NCBI GenBank assembly: GCA_027488815.1
Contig: JAIYAX010000006.1
Coordinates: 271,332-335,331, forward strand
Reading direction: 5' to 3'
From: Cytophagaceae bacterium
GTDB lineage: Bacteria > Bacteroidota > Bacteroidia > Cytophagales > JAIYAX01
DNA: 64,000 nt
In this document: positions 38,300 to 48,335 of the stretch, in pieces
How the letters are laid out: each line of letters begins with the position of its first letter
How positions within the stretch are numbered: the stretch's first letter is position 1
The notes under the pieces: model-generated
The model's database searches: none
What the model was told of the DNA's origin: nothing
Seen by the model: the letters and a program-made list of their open reading frames with translations, nothing else
Translations under genes and position numbers: made by a program

Positions 38300-40066
38300 T
38301 CAATTTGACGGTTTTTCTTCTTCGCCAAAGTAAACATCTGCAAAATCACGGTACTGCATCGGGTTTGAAGGAAAATTGCGGATATTAGGCTGAAGCATTC
38401 GGTAGCCTTCATCATACCAAAGCACCAACACAGGACAATCATGGATCATGATGCGCTCGGCTTGCTTAAAGTAGGTATTAGCCTCAGTTGCGTTAATGGA
38501 AGTTAAAGCCTTCTTGTAATTTTCATCAAAAGCCTTACTTACATACCTCATCACGTTCGGATAAGATTTCTGTGCTGCATCAGTTGGAACTTGTTCACCA
38601 AAAAAGACCCAAAGGAAATTTTCCGCACTTGGATAATCCGCTACCCAAGCCAATCTGAAAAAGCTGGACTTGCCTGACATGCTGTTTTCAACATGCTGCG
38701 CTAAGGGGATTATGTTCAGACTTACATCAATTCCCAGATTATCCTTGAGTTGCTTTTGAACTTCAACTGCAACATTGGTATTCCTCTCTCCGTCAGCATT
38801 TAGATCCAAAGATATTTTTGGGAAGCCTTTTCCTTTCGGGTATCCTGCTTTTTCAAGATAGTAGAAGGCTGAGTCCAGATTTAATTTATAGCCGATCAGA
38901 TCGTCAGTAGGATAGTCACCCAGTACTGGAGGAGTGATACCTTGGAATCCAGGAGCAAAGCCTTCACCGTTGAGGACAAATTCCAAAATTTTCTCACGAT
39001 CAATAGCAAAAGCAAGGGCTTTGCGAATGTTAACATCTTTGAACAGATTGTCCTGATTGTTAAATGAGAGGAAATGGGTGGACATCTCTGGCTTACGCTG
39101 TAGCTGATAATCTTTTGCACCGGCTTGCTTGTTCTTCTTTGCTGCAGCCTCTTCTTCCAAAATTTCTATGATATAGTCCGTCGGAAGTCGGTAAATCATA
39201 TCCAAGGTACCTTTTTTAAATTCCAGATATTCAGTCTTTTTGTCCTTAATGAAACTGATTTTTAATGCATCAATGTATGGAAGTTGATTTCCGAACTCAT
39301 CTTTGCCGTAATACTTCGTATTTCTCTTGAGGATGATGGCGATATCGTCGTCGATGCTTTCAATATAGAATGGACCAGTTCCAACGCATTTCTCTCTCAT
39401 TTCAAGTCCATACTTTTCAAAAGCCTCTTTAGGAAAAACATAGGCGCCCGGTCTAGCCAGATTATAACTGAAGACAGAGTAGGGCTGTATCAAATTAATT
39501 TTCAAGGTGTAGTCATCCACTACCTCAATACCTTTTACGCCACCGGCCTGTGCCTGACCTCCAGCACTTTGATTATAATAATCTGTTGCCCCGACTACAA
39601 TGTCCTTAAATAAATAGAATGACTGGTTGTTTGGGTTTTGAGTGCAAAGCAAATCAAAGGCATATTTGATGTCCTGTGCTTTCAATTCTCTTCCTTTTCC
39701 ATCAGCGAAGCAAGGGTCATCATGGAAAAAAACACCTTTTCGAATGATGAAGGTATATGATTTACCATCCTCACTGATTGTATAACTTTCGGCAAGACCA
39801 GGCTTTAGGCTTAGATCTGCCTGATTGAATTTCAATAGACCTTCATACACCTGAGCTGCTACCCGATAGGAAAAGGCATCAGTTATTGCAGGGGGGAATA
39901 GAGTCTTGATATACTCTGATTCGTTAAGACGAAAAACACCACCATAATTGCGGTTGCCTTTGCCAGCCTTTAATGTGGAAGAAGCTTCCTCTTTTTTATC
40001 TCCTGAAGAGCACGAATAAAAGAGAGCAACAAATAGAATAGCAGATATACGGTGTAACGATTTCAT
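38300..40066 (-). CDS. ABC transporter substrate-binding lipoprotein, family 5 (peptide/nickel)
   Basis: Lipobox YSC, YEGLL, YTFIIRKGVFFHD, GTGPF, IRKALAFAIDRE, W.ADYP. Confidence 0.9.
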   Translation of the reverse strand: MKSLHRISAILFVALFYSCSSGDKKEEASSTLKAGKGNRNYGGVFRLNESEYIKTLFPPAITDAFSYRVAAQVYEGLLKFNQADLSLKPGLAESYTISEDGKSYTFIIRKGVFFHDDPCFADGKGRELKAQDIKYAFDLLCTQNPNNQSFYLFKDIVVGATDYYNQSAGGQAQAGGVKGIEVVDDYTLKINLIQPYSVFSYNLARPGAYVFPKEAFEKYGLEMREKCVGTGPFYIESIDDDIAIILKRNTKYYGKDEFGNQLPYIDALKISFIKDKKTEYLEFKKGTLDMIYRLPTDYIIEILEEEAAAKKNKQAGAKDYQLQRKPEMSTHFLSFNNQDNLFKDVNIRKALAFAIDREKILEFVLNGEGFAPGFQGITPPVLGDYPTDDLIGYKLNLDSAFYYLEKAGYPKGKGFPKISLDLNADGERNTNVAVEVQKQLKDNLGIDVSLNIIPLAQHVENSMSGKSSFFRLAWVADYPSAENFLWVFFGEQVPTDAAQKSYPNVMRYVSKAFDENYKKALTSINATEANTYFKQAERIMIHDCPVLVLWYDEGYRMLQPNIRNFPSNPMQYRDFADVYFGEEEKPSN

Positions 40067-40100
40067 TTATATGAGATTGCAATTGAAAGAATTCAGCAAT

Positions 40101-40108
40101 CAAACCTA
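40101..40108 (-). promoter_or_regulatory. -7 element TAGGTTTG for the SBP gene
   Basis: Exact TAnnTTTG match 34 nt upstream of the ATG. Confidence 0.6.
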
Positions 40109-40164
40109 CGCTAATTCATCGAAATGACCAAAAAGACATGGGTTTTAAGCCTATAATTCCCTGA

Positions 40165-40947
40165 TTAAGGTTTATCCATGACGCTGCTAAACTCCAGTAC
40201 CACAGGGCAGTGGTCGGAATGCCGTGCTTCTGGTAGAATTCGGCACTTATTAAGTCTTTCTTTTAAAGCTGGGTCAACCATGTGGTAATCAATTCTCCAA
40301 CCCAGATTTTTATTCCTTGCACCCGCTCTGAAACTCCACCAGGTATAGTGATGCGGCTCTGAGCAAAATTCTCTAAACGCATCCATCCATCCTTGATTGG
40401 TAAACGCATCCATCCAAGCCCTTTCTTCTGGAAGAAATCCACTTGAGTTCGCATTGCTTTTAGGGTTATGAATATCAATCGGCTTATGACAAATATTGAA
40501 ATCCCCGCTTATGATCAAGTTGGGAATCTCCTTGGACAAAGAGGCGCTATAGGGCAGAAAGAAATCCAACCATTTCATTTTAAATGACTGCCGATGTTCT
40601 CCGCTGGAGCCGGAAGGCATATAAACACACATTTGAGAGAAATCTTCAAAATCAGCACGAATCACCCGGCCTTCATGATCATAAATGGCTTCCTGACAGC
40701 CATATATAACTTGTTTTGGCTTTTGTTTTGAAAGTATGGCAACTCCGCTGTAGCCCTTTTTTTCAGCACTAAACCAATAAACATGCTCATATCCAATCGC
40801 AGCAAACACTTCCAGATCAATTTGAGTGTGTTCGGCTTTAACTTCTTGAAGGCATACAATATCTGCATCAGCTGCTTTTAGCCAGTTGAGCAATGATTTG
40901 CTCAAGGCTGAGCGGATGCCATTCACATTATAGGTAATGGATTTCAT
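40165..40947 (-). CDS. xth: Exodeoxyribonuclease III (AP endonuclease)
   Basis: YNVNGIRS, CLQEVK, GYSGVA, GDFNICH, YTWWS.R, GWRIDY, SDHCPV. Confidence 0.96.
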   Translation of the reverse strand: MKSITYNVNGIRSALSKSLLNWLKAADADIVCLQEVKAEHTQIDLEVFAAIGYEHVYWFSAEKKGYSGVAILSKQKPKQVIYGCQEAIYDHEGRVIRADFEDFSQMCVYMPSGSSGEHRQSFKMKWLDFFLPYSASLSKEIPNLIISGDFNICHKPIDIHNPKSNANSSGFLPEERAWMDAFTNQGWMDAFREFCSEPHHYTWWSFRAGARNKNLGWRIDYHMVDPALKERLNKCRILPEARHSDHCPVVLEFSSVMDKP

Positions 40948-41288
40948 TTTAAATCAGGGTATTCAAGTTCAAAGTATTGAACCATTAGAGACTTTAAATA
41001 CTGCTCTTGATCCTTTAGTCCCAGAAAGGGCACTTTTTTTACCTGTGTCCAAATTGGCCAACCATCAGGGTCCAGCCCTTCAAGTTTGTAGTAGCCATCC
41101 TGGCTTAGCAATTTGCATACGGCGATATGCATCAAATCTTGTTTTTGTTCTTTAGAAAATGGGGCAGGCCCTTTGCCCAACTCCTGCACTCCAACTAAAA
41201 ATAACAGAGAGTCAAGATTTGGGCGCTTACCCATCTTTTTTTCTACAGTGTTTAATAAGTCTTCAAAAGAATTGGCCACAAAAAACAC
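40944..41288 (-). CDS. Conserved hypothetical Bacteroidota protein
   Basis: LDSLLFLVGVQELG...KEQKQDLMHIAVCKLL...GYY...DGWP, recognised from recall as conserved. 4-nt overlap with xth. Confidence 0.8.
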   Translation of the reverse strand: MFFVANSFEDLLNTVEKKMGKRPNLDSLLFLVGVQELGKGPAPFSKEQKQDLMHIAVCKLLSQDGYYKLEGLDPDGWPIWTQVKKVPFLGLKDQEQYLKSLMVQYFELEYPDLK

Positions 41289-41345
41289 AGAAAATAAGTA
41301 TTTTGGAGTGTCGGTAAAGATACTGCTTAATCTTCGTTCAATTCG

Positions 41346-42032
41346 ATGTGGAAGGATTTTGTGAATCTCTTATTTCCTGAAGTGTGTGTTACCTGCCAAA
41401 CACTTCTTGTTGAAGGCGAGCGCCATCTTTGTCTCTCGTGCTCAGCAAAGCTCCCCATCATAAGTGCAGATTGCAGCGAAGGTTATCAAGATCTAATGCA
41501 ACGCTTTTGGGGTAGAGTACCCCTTTCACATGCGCTACCTTTTTTACACATGACACGAAAGGGAAGTGTGCAGAAAATCATCCATCAGATCAAATACAAG
41601 GGAAATAAGGATCTGGCCTTCACTCTAGGTTCCTGGGCAGGAGGAACATTTTCAGAAATGTATGCTAATCAATTTGATCAGTTAATTCCAGTTCCTTTGC
41701 ACCCCAAAAAGCTGAAATTGAGAGGCTATAATCAGAGCGAAGAGTTTGCTAAAGGGATTTCCCTTATTTGGTCTTGTCCATTGAGCAGTACAGCAGTTGA
41801 AAGGGTCCACTTCACAGAAACCCAAACCAAAAAGTCAAAATATGACCGATGGTTAAATGTGGAAGAAGTTTTTAGAGTGGCTAATCCTGGGGAAGTTCAA
41901 AACCAAAGAATTTTGCTCATTGATGATGTGATCACTACAGGAGCTACCCTTGAGGCTTGTGCAGAGCAGCTACTTCAAGCGGGGGCGAAAAGTGTAGGAG
42001 TAGGATCTATCGCATTAGCCGCCAAAAACTAA
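41346..42032 (+). CDS. comF: ComF family phosphoribosyltransferase-like protein
   Basis: N-terminal CxxC...CxxC, VPLH...RGYNQS, LLIDDVITTGATL. Confidence 0.92.
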   Translation: MWKDFVNLLFPEVCVTCQTLLVEGERHLCLSCSAKLPIISADCSEGYQDLMQRFWGRVPLSHALPFLHMTRKGSVQKIIHQIKYKGNKDLAFTLGSWAGGTFSEMYANQFDQLIPVPLHPKKLKLRGYNQSEEFAKGISLIWSCPLSSTAVERVHFTETQTKKSKYDRWLNVEEVFRVANPGEVQNQRILLIDDVITTGATLEACAEQLLQAGAKSVGVGSIALAAKN

Positions 42033-42056
42033 AAATGCCGGACAAGCCGGCATTTT
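42032..42056. terminator. Bidirectional intrinsic terminator between comF and gldJ
   Basis: AAAATGCCGG-acaag-CCGGCATTTT. Confidence 0.85.
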
Positions 42057-42075
42057 AAATATCGTTTAACAGGGA

Positions 42076-43290
42076 TCAATAATTAGTTCCTGCTCTAATC
42101 ATTGCGCATCTGAATCCAATTGTAGAAGTACAGGAATCTTCTTCAAGGAAACGACGTGTTCCCGGAGAAAGCCAATAGGCTACATCCTGCCAAGAGCCAC
42201 CTTTATAAACTCTGGCTTTGTTGCTAATGATGGTGAACGATGGGTCATAAGAGCTATTTGCTCCTTTATTTTCTTCATCAAGAAAGCCATCTCTTCTTAC
42301 TGGATTGAGGTCATCAACATCCTGAAAAGAAAGAGGACGGTAAACATCAAGAACCCACTCACTTACGTTACCTGCCATGTTGTAAAGACCGTAATCGTTT
42401 GGAGGATAGTTGTAGATATACTCGGTAATGAAAGCACCATCATTAAGTTTTCCAGCGATACCTCCATAGTCACCACGGCCTCTTTTGAAGTTGGCGAGGA
42501 AGTTACCCATTTCAGCACCATAAGGGTTTCTAAGAGCATGGCCATCCCATGGATATAACCTTTTCTCGGTTTGTGATTCATCAAGGTATTGCTTTCCAAT
42601 AAGAGCTTGAGCGGCATACTCCCATTCGGCTTCAGTTGGTAGCCTGTAATCAGGCAATACAGCGCCCGATTCCAAAGGAATTCTTCCACCACCCTCAGGC
42701 AGCTCAATTCCGGCTTCTTCGGCCAATACTTTGTTTACCGCTGCCGTTCTCCATTTGCAGTAATCATTAGCTTGTAGCCAGGTAACTCCTACAACAGGAA
42801 AGTAACGGAAGCCCGGATAACGTAGGTAATGATCCACATAAGGATCGTTGAAAGCTAACTTTCCAGCCCATACGGTAGTATCAGGTATCGTCGATAGGAA
42901 AAACTCCTCGGAAGAGTCTTTCTTAACATAGTGCATGTATTCCAGCCAGTGGATATTTGCGATCTCTGTCTCATCCATGTAGAAAGAGGCAACAGTTACT
43001 GTTCTTTCAATATTATCACGAGTGTTCATGACATCCTCTTCAAAAGATCCTAGTACTGTGCGACCACCTTCGATATAGACCAGATTTGGACCTTCAGGCT
43101 GGCCTTTGAAGTCATTGACTACAAATAACCCGTCTTCCGAAACCTCTTCAGAATATTCCAAATTAGTGGTTGTACTGTTCTTACCCGGAGTGATGGCATC
43201 GGGCTTCGTGGACTTATTGCAAGAAGTTGAGATAACTCCTGCGAGGATCAGCATGAGCACTAGCTTCGAGCTGCTAACAATCTTATTCAT
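42076..43290 (-). CDS. gldJ: Gliding motility lipoprotein GldJ (FGE-sulfatase/SUMF1 domain)
   Basis: Lipobox TSC, SFYMDETEIAN..WLEY, PDTTVW, YPVVGVTW.QA..YC.WRT, RLPTEAEWEYAA, GFRC. GldK is the less likely alternative. Confidence 0.85.
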   Translation of the reverse strand: MNKIVSSSKLVLMLILAGVISTSCNKSTKPDAITPGKNSTTTNLEYSEEVSEDGLFVVNDFKGQPEGPNLVYIEGGRTVLGSFEEDVMNTRDNIERTVTVASFYMDETEIANIHWLEYMHYVKKDSSEEFFLSTIPDTTVWAGKLAFNDPYVDHYLRYPGFRYFPVVGVTWLQANDYCKWRTAAVNKVLAEEAGIELPEGGGRIPLESGAVLPDYRLPTEAEWEYAAQALIGKQYLDESQTEKRLYPWDGHALRNPYGAEMGNFLANFKRGRGDYGGIAGKLNDGAFITEYIYNYPPNDYGLYNMAGNVSEWVLDVYRPLSFQDVDDLNPVRRDGFLDEENKGANSSYDPSFTIISNKARVYKGGSWQDVAYWLSPGTRRFLEEDSCTSTIGFRCAMIRAGTNY

Positions 43291-43435
43291 ACCTGTTAAG
43301 TGGTGAAAAACGGCTAAAGTTAGAACTATTAAACGGTGTGGACAAATTTTGTTTCAAAATCAAAAACAGTCGCAAAAGAACAGCGGGGGATTTCATGTAA
43401 TTTTCGCCTTGCTTTGTGACCTTACCCTTACCTTT

Positions 43436-44878
43436 ATGGCAATGAAGTCCTTTTTAGAATTCGCATGGATCAAAATACTGCTTGCTGTTTTGGTCATAGG
43501 AGCGGCAAGTTACCTTAATTTTAAATCTACAGATATTTCTGTGAGACCTTCTGATGGATATGATGAACAAATGTGGACTGGTGCCAGTATCGCATCGTAT
43601 CACATGTTTTTCAAGAACTACGAAAATCCATCCTGGTATCCGGAGCGTTGGTTTCTTGGGTATTCACAAAAGTACCGCTACAATCCTCAGGCAATGCCAG
43701 CCTCTCAATTGCAATGGTTTGATGATGCCATGTGGACCTTTGGCTGGAAAGCCCCCAACATTGCAAAATACATCATGGGTTTTGGGGTTGTGGCTTTTTC
43801 AGATACCATTATTGATCCGCAAGGTTACTTTCATCGCTATTCCGAGGACAAGGCCAAAAACAAATGGCCCGGTAATTACGCTCCTTCTTCATTTGTAGAA
43901 CAAGCAAGAAAAGTCAATGCTATCTTAAACATCATGACTATTGCTGTCGTGATGCTGGTCGGCTATTATTTCATAGGGTTTTATTCAGGGCTATTTGCTG
44001 GTTTGTTTCTTACCTTCAATCCTACCTTCACTTTAATAAATACAGCCGCAGGAGTTGATAGTGCAGCCTCACTTTTTTCAACAGTTGCTGTTTTAGCCCT
44101 ATTGATTCTGGTAAAACGGATGTACAAAGCAGGAATTGACCGCAAGTTTTATTTAAGTGCAGCCTTATTAGGTTTGAGTTTTGCATTTGCGGTTGGATCT
44201 AAATTAAGCGGTGCTATAGTAGGCTTTATCATTGCACTCGTTTACTTGTTGATGGCTTACAATTGGCTAAATCCTTTCAAACCCAAGCCTCTGGTAGAAA
44301 AAAAACCTAAAGACACTATCCTTAAAACAGGGCTCAACTTTAACAAATTGTTGATTTCAGGGCTGATTGTCACCTTTATTACGTTCAGCGTTTTCATCTA
44401 CAGCAACCCTGTCCTGTATCATAAGCCAACATTGAAAATGAAGATGATCCGTGAGTCGGTAAAGGAATTTTTTGATATCAGAGCCCAAGCGTTAAAGACC
44501 GAAGACATCAACAAATCCGGTTGGAAAAGCTTTATGCTGGTAGTGAAGAAAAATTTTGTAAAAACGGAAGACAGCTATTACGGTACTTTGGGTACCTGGA
44601 TTCCTTTTAAATTCAATCCTTTGGATCTAATTCTTCTGGCAACCGGCATATACTGGCTATGGAAGAAAGCCAAAGACGACTGGCAAAGTCCACAAAGAGT
44701 AAACGACTCTGCCGTTTTGCTGATATCCTTTGCTCTTTTCTTGTATGGAGTGGTCAGTTTTATATGGGTGGACTGGCCCAGGTATCACACCCCTATTTTT
44801 CCGATAGTAGCCATGATTTCAGGGTATGGGTTTATCAAAAGTCTGCAAGTGCTCGCAAAAAACGTAATTCCTGATTGA
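43436..44878 (+). CDS. Polytopic GT-C (PMT/ArnT-like) lipid-carrier-dependent glycosyltransferase
   Basis: DE motif after TM1 (SDGYDEQ), PNIAKY, ARKVNA, SKLSG, PRYHTP, many TM helices. Start placed after a TAATTTTC -7-like element. Confidence 0.7.
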   Translation: MAMKSFLEFAWIKILLAVLVIGAASYLNFKSTDISVRPSDGYDEQMWTGASIASYHMFFKNYENPSWYPERWFLGYSQKYRYNPQAMPASQLQWFDDAMWTFGWKAPNIAKYIMGFGVVAFSDTIIDPQGYFHRYSEDKAKNKWPGNYAPSSFVEQARKVNAILNIMTIAVVMLVGYYFIGFYSGLFAGLFLTFNPTFTLINTAAGVDSAASLFSTVAVLALLILVKRMYKAGIDRKFYLSAALLGLSFAFAVGSKLSGAIVGFIIALVYLLMAYNWLNPFKPKPLVEKKPKDTILKTGLNFNKLLISGLIVTFITFSVFIYSNPVLYHKPTLKMKMIRESVKEFFDIRAQALKTEDINKSGWKSFMLVVKKNFVKTEDSYYGTLGTWIPFKFNPLDLILLATGIYWLWKKAKDDWQSPQRVNDSAVLLISFALFLYGVVSFIWVDWPRYHTPIFPIVAMISGYGFIKSLQVLAKNVIPD

Positions 44879-47800
44879 TCAGGCCTGGACGGCCTCAACT
44901 TTAACGGGCAGCATTTCATTCAAAACGGACATAGCATGGTTGATGTTGGTAACCGGGCTTGCTATCAGAATTAGTCTTTGGTTTACTTCTTTAAGCTTAT
45001 ACAAAGAAGGTTTGCTTTGGATATGAGACATGATATGTCCAAAAAGTGGGTTTTGGTAATACTGTACATTATCCTGTGCTAAGAACTGGGCTTTGAGTAT
45101 CCCTTGCTTAAGCGTTAATTTTTCAAAACCAAGCTTTTCAGCGAGCCATCTAAGCTCAACCGTTTTAGCCAAATCAATGACGGAAGGAGGCAGCGGGCCA
45201 AAGCGATCCATAAGTTCTTTTAGAAAGTCATCCAGTTCGGTTAGATTCTTCAGGTTGTCCAATCGGGTGTAGAGTGAAAGTCTTTCTGGTATATGACTCA
45301 CATAGTGATCCGGGATGAGGAGCTGCAGATCTGTTTCCAGAACACAATCAGTGATCAGCTCTTTTATGGATAGTTCTTTCTCAAACAAAGACCTGAATTC
45401 ATTCTCCTTCAATTCCTGAACGGCTTCATCCAGTATTTTGTGATAGGCCTCATAACCCAGGTCGTTCACAAAACCACTCTGCTCACCCCCAAGCAGATTC
45501 CCCGCTCCACGGATGTCAAGATCCCTCATGGCAACCTTAAATCCATCTCCCAGATCGGAAAACTCTTCAAGTGTTCTCAATCGCTTTTTGGAGTCAATCG
45601 GAAGACTTTCCACAGGTGGTGTCAGCAAATAACAATAGGCCTTTTTGTTTGAACGGCCCACTCTGCCCCTCATTTGATGCAGATCTGAAAGCCCAAAAGT
45701 GTGCGCCCTGTTGATGATGATGGTATTGGCATTTGGAATGTCCAGGCCGCTTTCGATGATATTGGTCGAAACCAGAACATCATATTCCCCATCAATAAAC
45801 TTAAGCATGGTTTTCTCCAGTTTCTCCCCATCCATTTGTCCATGAGCAATACCAATGCGTGCATCAGGCACTAGCTTAAGTACCACATTTGCGATTTCTT
45901 CGATGTCATGAACCCTGTTGTGAACCAAAAACACCTGTCCATTCCTTTGTAATTCACGTGAAATGGCATCCCTTAGAAACTCTTCTTTGTACACCACAAC
46001 TTCTGTTGTAACAGGCTGCCGATTTGGCGGTGCAGTTGCGATAACGGATAAATCTCTTGCACCCATGAGCGAAAAGTGGAGCGTTCGGGGAATAGGTGTG
46101 GCCGTAAGGGTAAGCACATCCACTGCGAGGGAGATGTTTTTCAGTTTTTCTTTAACCGCAACCCCAAATTTTTGCTCTTCATCAATTACAAGCAATCCCA
46201 GATTTTTGAAAACCACATCTTTGCTCACGAGCCTATGGGTACCGATTAGAATTTCAGTTTTTCCTTCTTTGACCCGCTCGAGGGTTTCTTTTATTTGTTT
46301 AGCACTTTTAAAGCGGTTGACCACTTCAATGCGTATATGAAAATTGGCAAGCCTGTCCTTAAAGGTTTTGAAATGTTGCATGGCCAATATAGTTGTTGGC
46401 ACTAGCACAGCCACCTGCTTGCCATCGTTGGCCGCCTTAAATGCCGCTCTGATAGCGACTTCTGTTTTTCCAAATCCAACATCACCACACACCAGCCGGT
46501 CCATGTGAAAAGGGGCTTCCATGTCCGCTTTCACATCAGCAGTAGCCTTGGCCTGATCAGGAGTATCTTCATACAAAAACGAGCTTTCCAGCTCATACTG
46601 GAACACATCATCAGGCGGAAAGGCATAGCCCGGAGTGGCTTTTCGCTTCGCATAAAGCTTAATGAGCTCTTTGGCAATGTCTTTGACCTTTTTCTTAACT
46701 GACTTTTTCTTGTTTTCCCACTCTTGTGATCCAAGCTTGCTCACTGTTGGAGTGGCCCCGTCTTTCCCGCTGTATTTTGAGATTTTGTGCAAGGCATGAA
46801 TGCTCATCAGCAACATATCATCATCCTTGAAAATAAGACGAATAGCTTCCTGTTGCCTTCCTGAAATCTCAATTTTCTCAAGGCCGGCAAAACGGGCAAT
46901 GCCATGATCAATATGAGTTACATAATCGCCGGGATGAAGGCTCTTAAGCTCCTTTATAGTGATTGACTTGCTTTTGCTGAATCGCTCGGGCGTTTTTGAG
47001 CGGTAAAACCGTTCGAAAAGCTGGTGATCCGTATAACACAATAGCTTATTTTGATGGTCGACAAACCCTTCTCTTAATCCAAGATGCAAAGGGTGAAACT
47101 CAAGAAATGGACTTATTTCCTCGAAAATGGACCTTAACCTATCCAGCTGTTTTACATAGTCAGAAGCAATCAGGCAGGCATAGCCTTTGGCCTGATACTG
47201 CAGCAAGTCTTCTGCCAACAAGTTGAAATCTTTGTGGAACGATGGTTGAGGCCTGAATTCAAAAGAAAAGCTCAGGGCCTTTTCATCAGGAAACCTTCGA
47301 CCAAATAGAATCGCAGCTTGTTTTTCCAGCAAAAGCAGAAATCCTTTATCAGTCTCAAATAGTTGCTCAGGTTGATGAATCACCTGAGTTCCACCGGCAG
47401 ATTTTACTAGTTGATCGAAGTAGTCGGCAGCCTTTTTAAAATTCTTAGCCAAAAGGCCAGTGGTCAGTTCAAGATCTTTAATCCAAACTACTGTATCGAT
47501 ACCCATGTAGGTAACGAGGCTATCTCTTTGCTCCAGCGTAAGTTTATCCTGTACGTTTGGAATGATGGAAAAATGGTTGATGGATTTGACAGAAGCCTGC
47601 GACTCCGGGTGAAAAAGTCTGATTGACTCGATCTCATTTCCCCAAAGCTCCAGGCGATAAGGCAGCTCATTCGAGAATGAAAAGATATCGACAATCCCCC
47701 CACGAACGGCGTATTGGCCGGCTTCATAAACAAACTCGGTAGGTTCAAAACCATAGGTTTGCAACAGCTCCGACAGAAATGGGAGATCGACTTTTTCACC

Positions 47801-48247
47801 AACCTTTGCACTAAAAGTGTTTGCAATCAAGCTCTTTTTATTCACCACCTTATCCGTGAGAGCATCAGGATAGGTGATGATCAGAAATTTTCCGTCCGGA
47901 GTCTCATTGAATTTGTTGAGCACCTCTGCTCGCAGCAACACATTTGCGTTATCAATCTCTTCGAAAGCATATGGGCGTTTGTAAGAAGCTGGAAAAAGAA
48001 AAACGTTCTCTACACCTACGATTTCACGCAGCTCTGTGAAAAAATAGTCAGCATCTTCTTTGCTTTCTAAAATGAAAAGTCCTTTAAATGGTGTCTTGAG
48101 ATAGCAAGCCGCTACAACAAGGGTATCAGCACTACCCACAAGCCCTTTGATATGGGTCCTGTCACCTTTTTGACCGTATTTGGATCCTGTAAGGCTTTGA
48201 ACGATCAGGTCGTTTTGATAAACAGATAAAAGGTCTGATACTTTCAA
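44879..48247 (-). CDS. mfd: Transcription-repair coupling factor
   Basis: UvrB-homology N-terminus, GDYVTHIDHGI, CGDVGFGKTEVA, DEEQ, TATPIPRT, TRCF C-terminal domain. Confidence 0.97.
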   Translation of the reverse strand: MKVSDLLSVYQNDLIVQSLTGSKYGQKGDRTHIKGLVGSADTLVVAACYLKTPFKGLFILESKEDADYFFTELREIVGVENVFLFPASYKRPYAFEEIDNANVLLRAEVLNKFNETPDGKFLIITYPDALTDKVVNKKSLIANTFSAKVGEKVDLPFLSELLQTYGFEPTEFVYEAGQYAVRGGIVDIFSFSNELPYRLELWGNEIESIRLFHPESQASVKSINHFSIIPNVQDKLTLEQRDSLVTYMGIDTVVWIKDLELTTGLLAKNFKKAADYFDQLVKSAGGTQVIHQPEQLFETDKGFLLLLEKQAAILFGRRFPDEKALSFSFEFRPQPSFHKDFNLLAEDLLQYQAKGYACLIASDYVKQLDRLRSIFEEISPFLEFHPLHLGLREGFVDHQNKLLCYTDHQLFERFYRSKTPERFSKSKSITIKELKSLHPGDYVTHIDHGIARFAGLEKIEISGRQQEAIRLIFKDDDMLLMSIHALHKISKYSGKDGATPTVSKLGSQEWENKKKSVKKKVKDIAKELIKLYAKRKATPGYAFPPDDVFQYELESSFLYEDTPDQAKATADVKADMEAPFHMDRLVCGDVGFGKTEVAIRAAFKAANDGKQVAVLVPTTILAMQHFKTFKDRLANFHIRIEVVNRFKSAKQIKETLERVKEGKTEILIGTHRLVSKDVVFKNLGLLVIDEEQKFGVAVKEKLKNISLAVDVLTLTATPIPRTLHFSLMGARDLSVIATAPPNRQPVTTEVVVYKEEFLRDAISRELQRNGQVFLVHNRVHDIEEIANVVLKLVPDARIGIAHGQMDGEKLEKTMLKFIDGEYDVLVSTNIIESGLDIPNANTIIINRAHTFGLSDLHQMRGRVGRSNKKAYCYLLTPPVESLPIDSKKRLRTLEEFSDLGDGFKVAMRDLDIRGAGNLLGGEQSGFVNDLGYEAYHKILDEAVQELKENEFRSLFEKELSIKELITDCVLETDLQLLIPDHYVSHIPERLSLYTRLDNLKNLTELDDFLKELMDRFGPLPPSVIDLAKTVELRWLAEKLGFEKLTLKQGILKAQFLAQDNVQYYQNPLFGHIMSHIQSKPSLYKLKEVNQRLILIASPVTNINHAMSVLNEMLPVKVEAVQA

Positions 48248-48274
48248 AAAGGAAGGTACTTAGGGTTTGTCATA

Positions 48275-48282
48275 CAAAATTA
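48275..48282 (-). promoter_or_regulatory. -7 element TAATTTTG for mfd
   Basis: Exact TAnnTTTG match. Confidence 0.65.
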
Positions 48283-48335
48283 GCAAATGCACAACCTGTG
48301 CAGGCCAAGATATGTTATAAGAAGAGAAATAAACC

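Noticed and set aside
45950-45965. Second parS-like site TAATTCACGTGAAATG in mfd
   Set aside because: Four mismatches to the 16-bp consensus, and it lies in a conserved coding region.
19787-48247. GC-skew inversion across the candidate origin
   Set aside because: Hand counts on 240 nt each of fadE (G43/C64) and mfd (G49/C71) were indistinguishable and dominated by coding-strand bias. This is inconclusive and needs a whole-genome computation.
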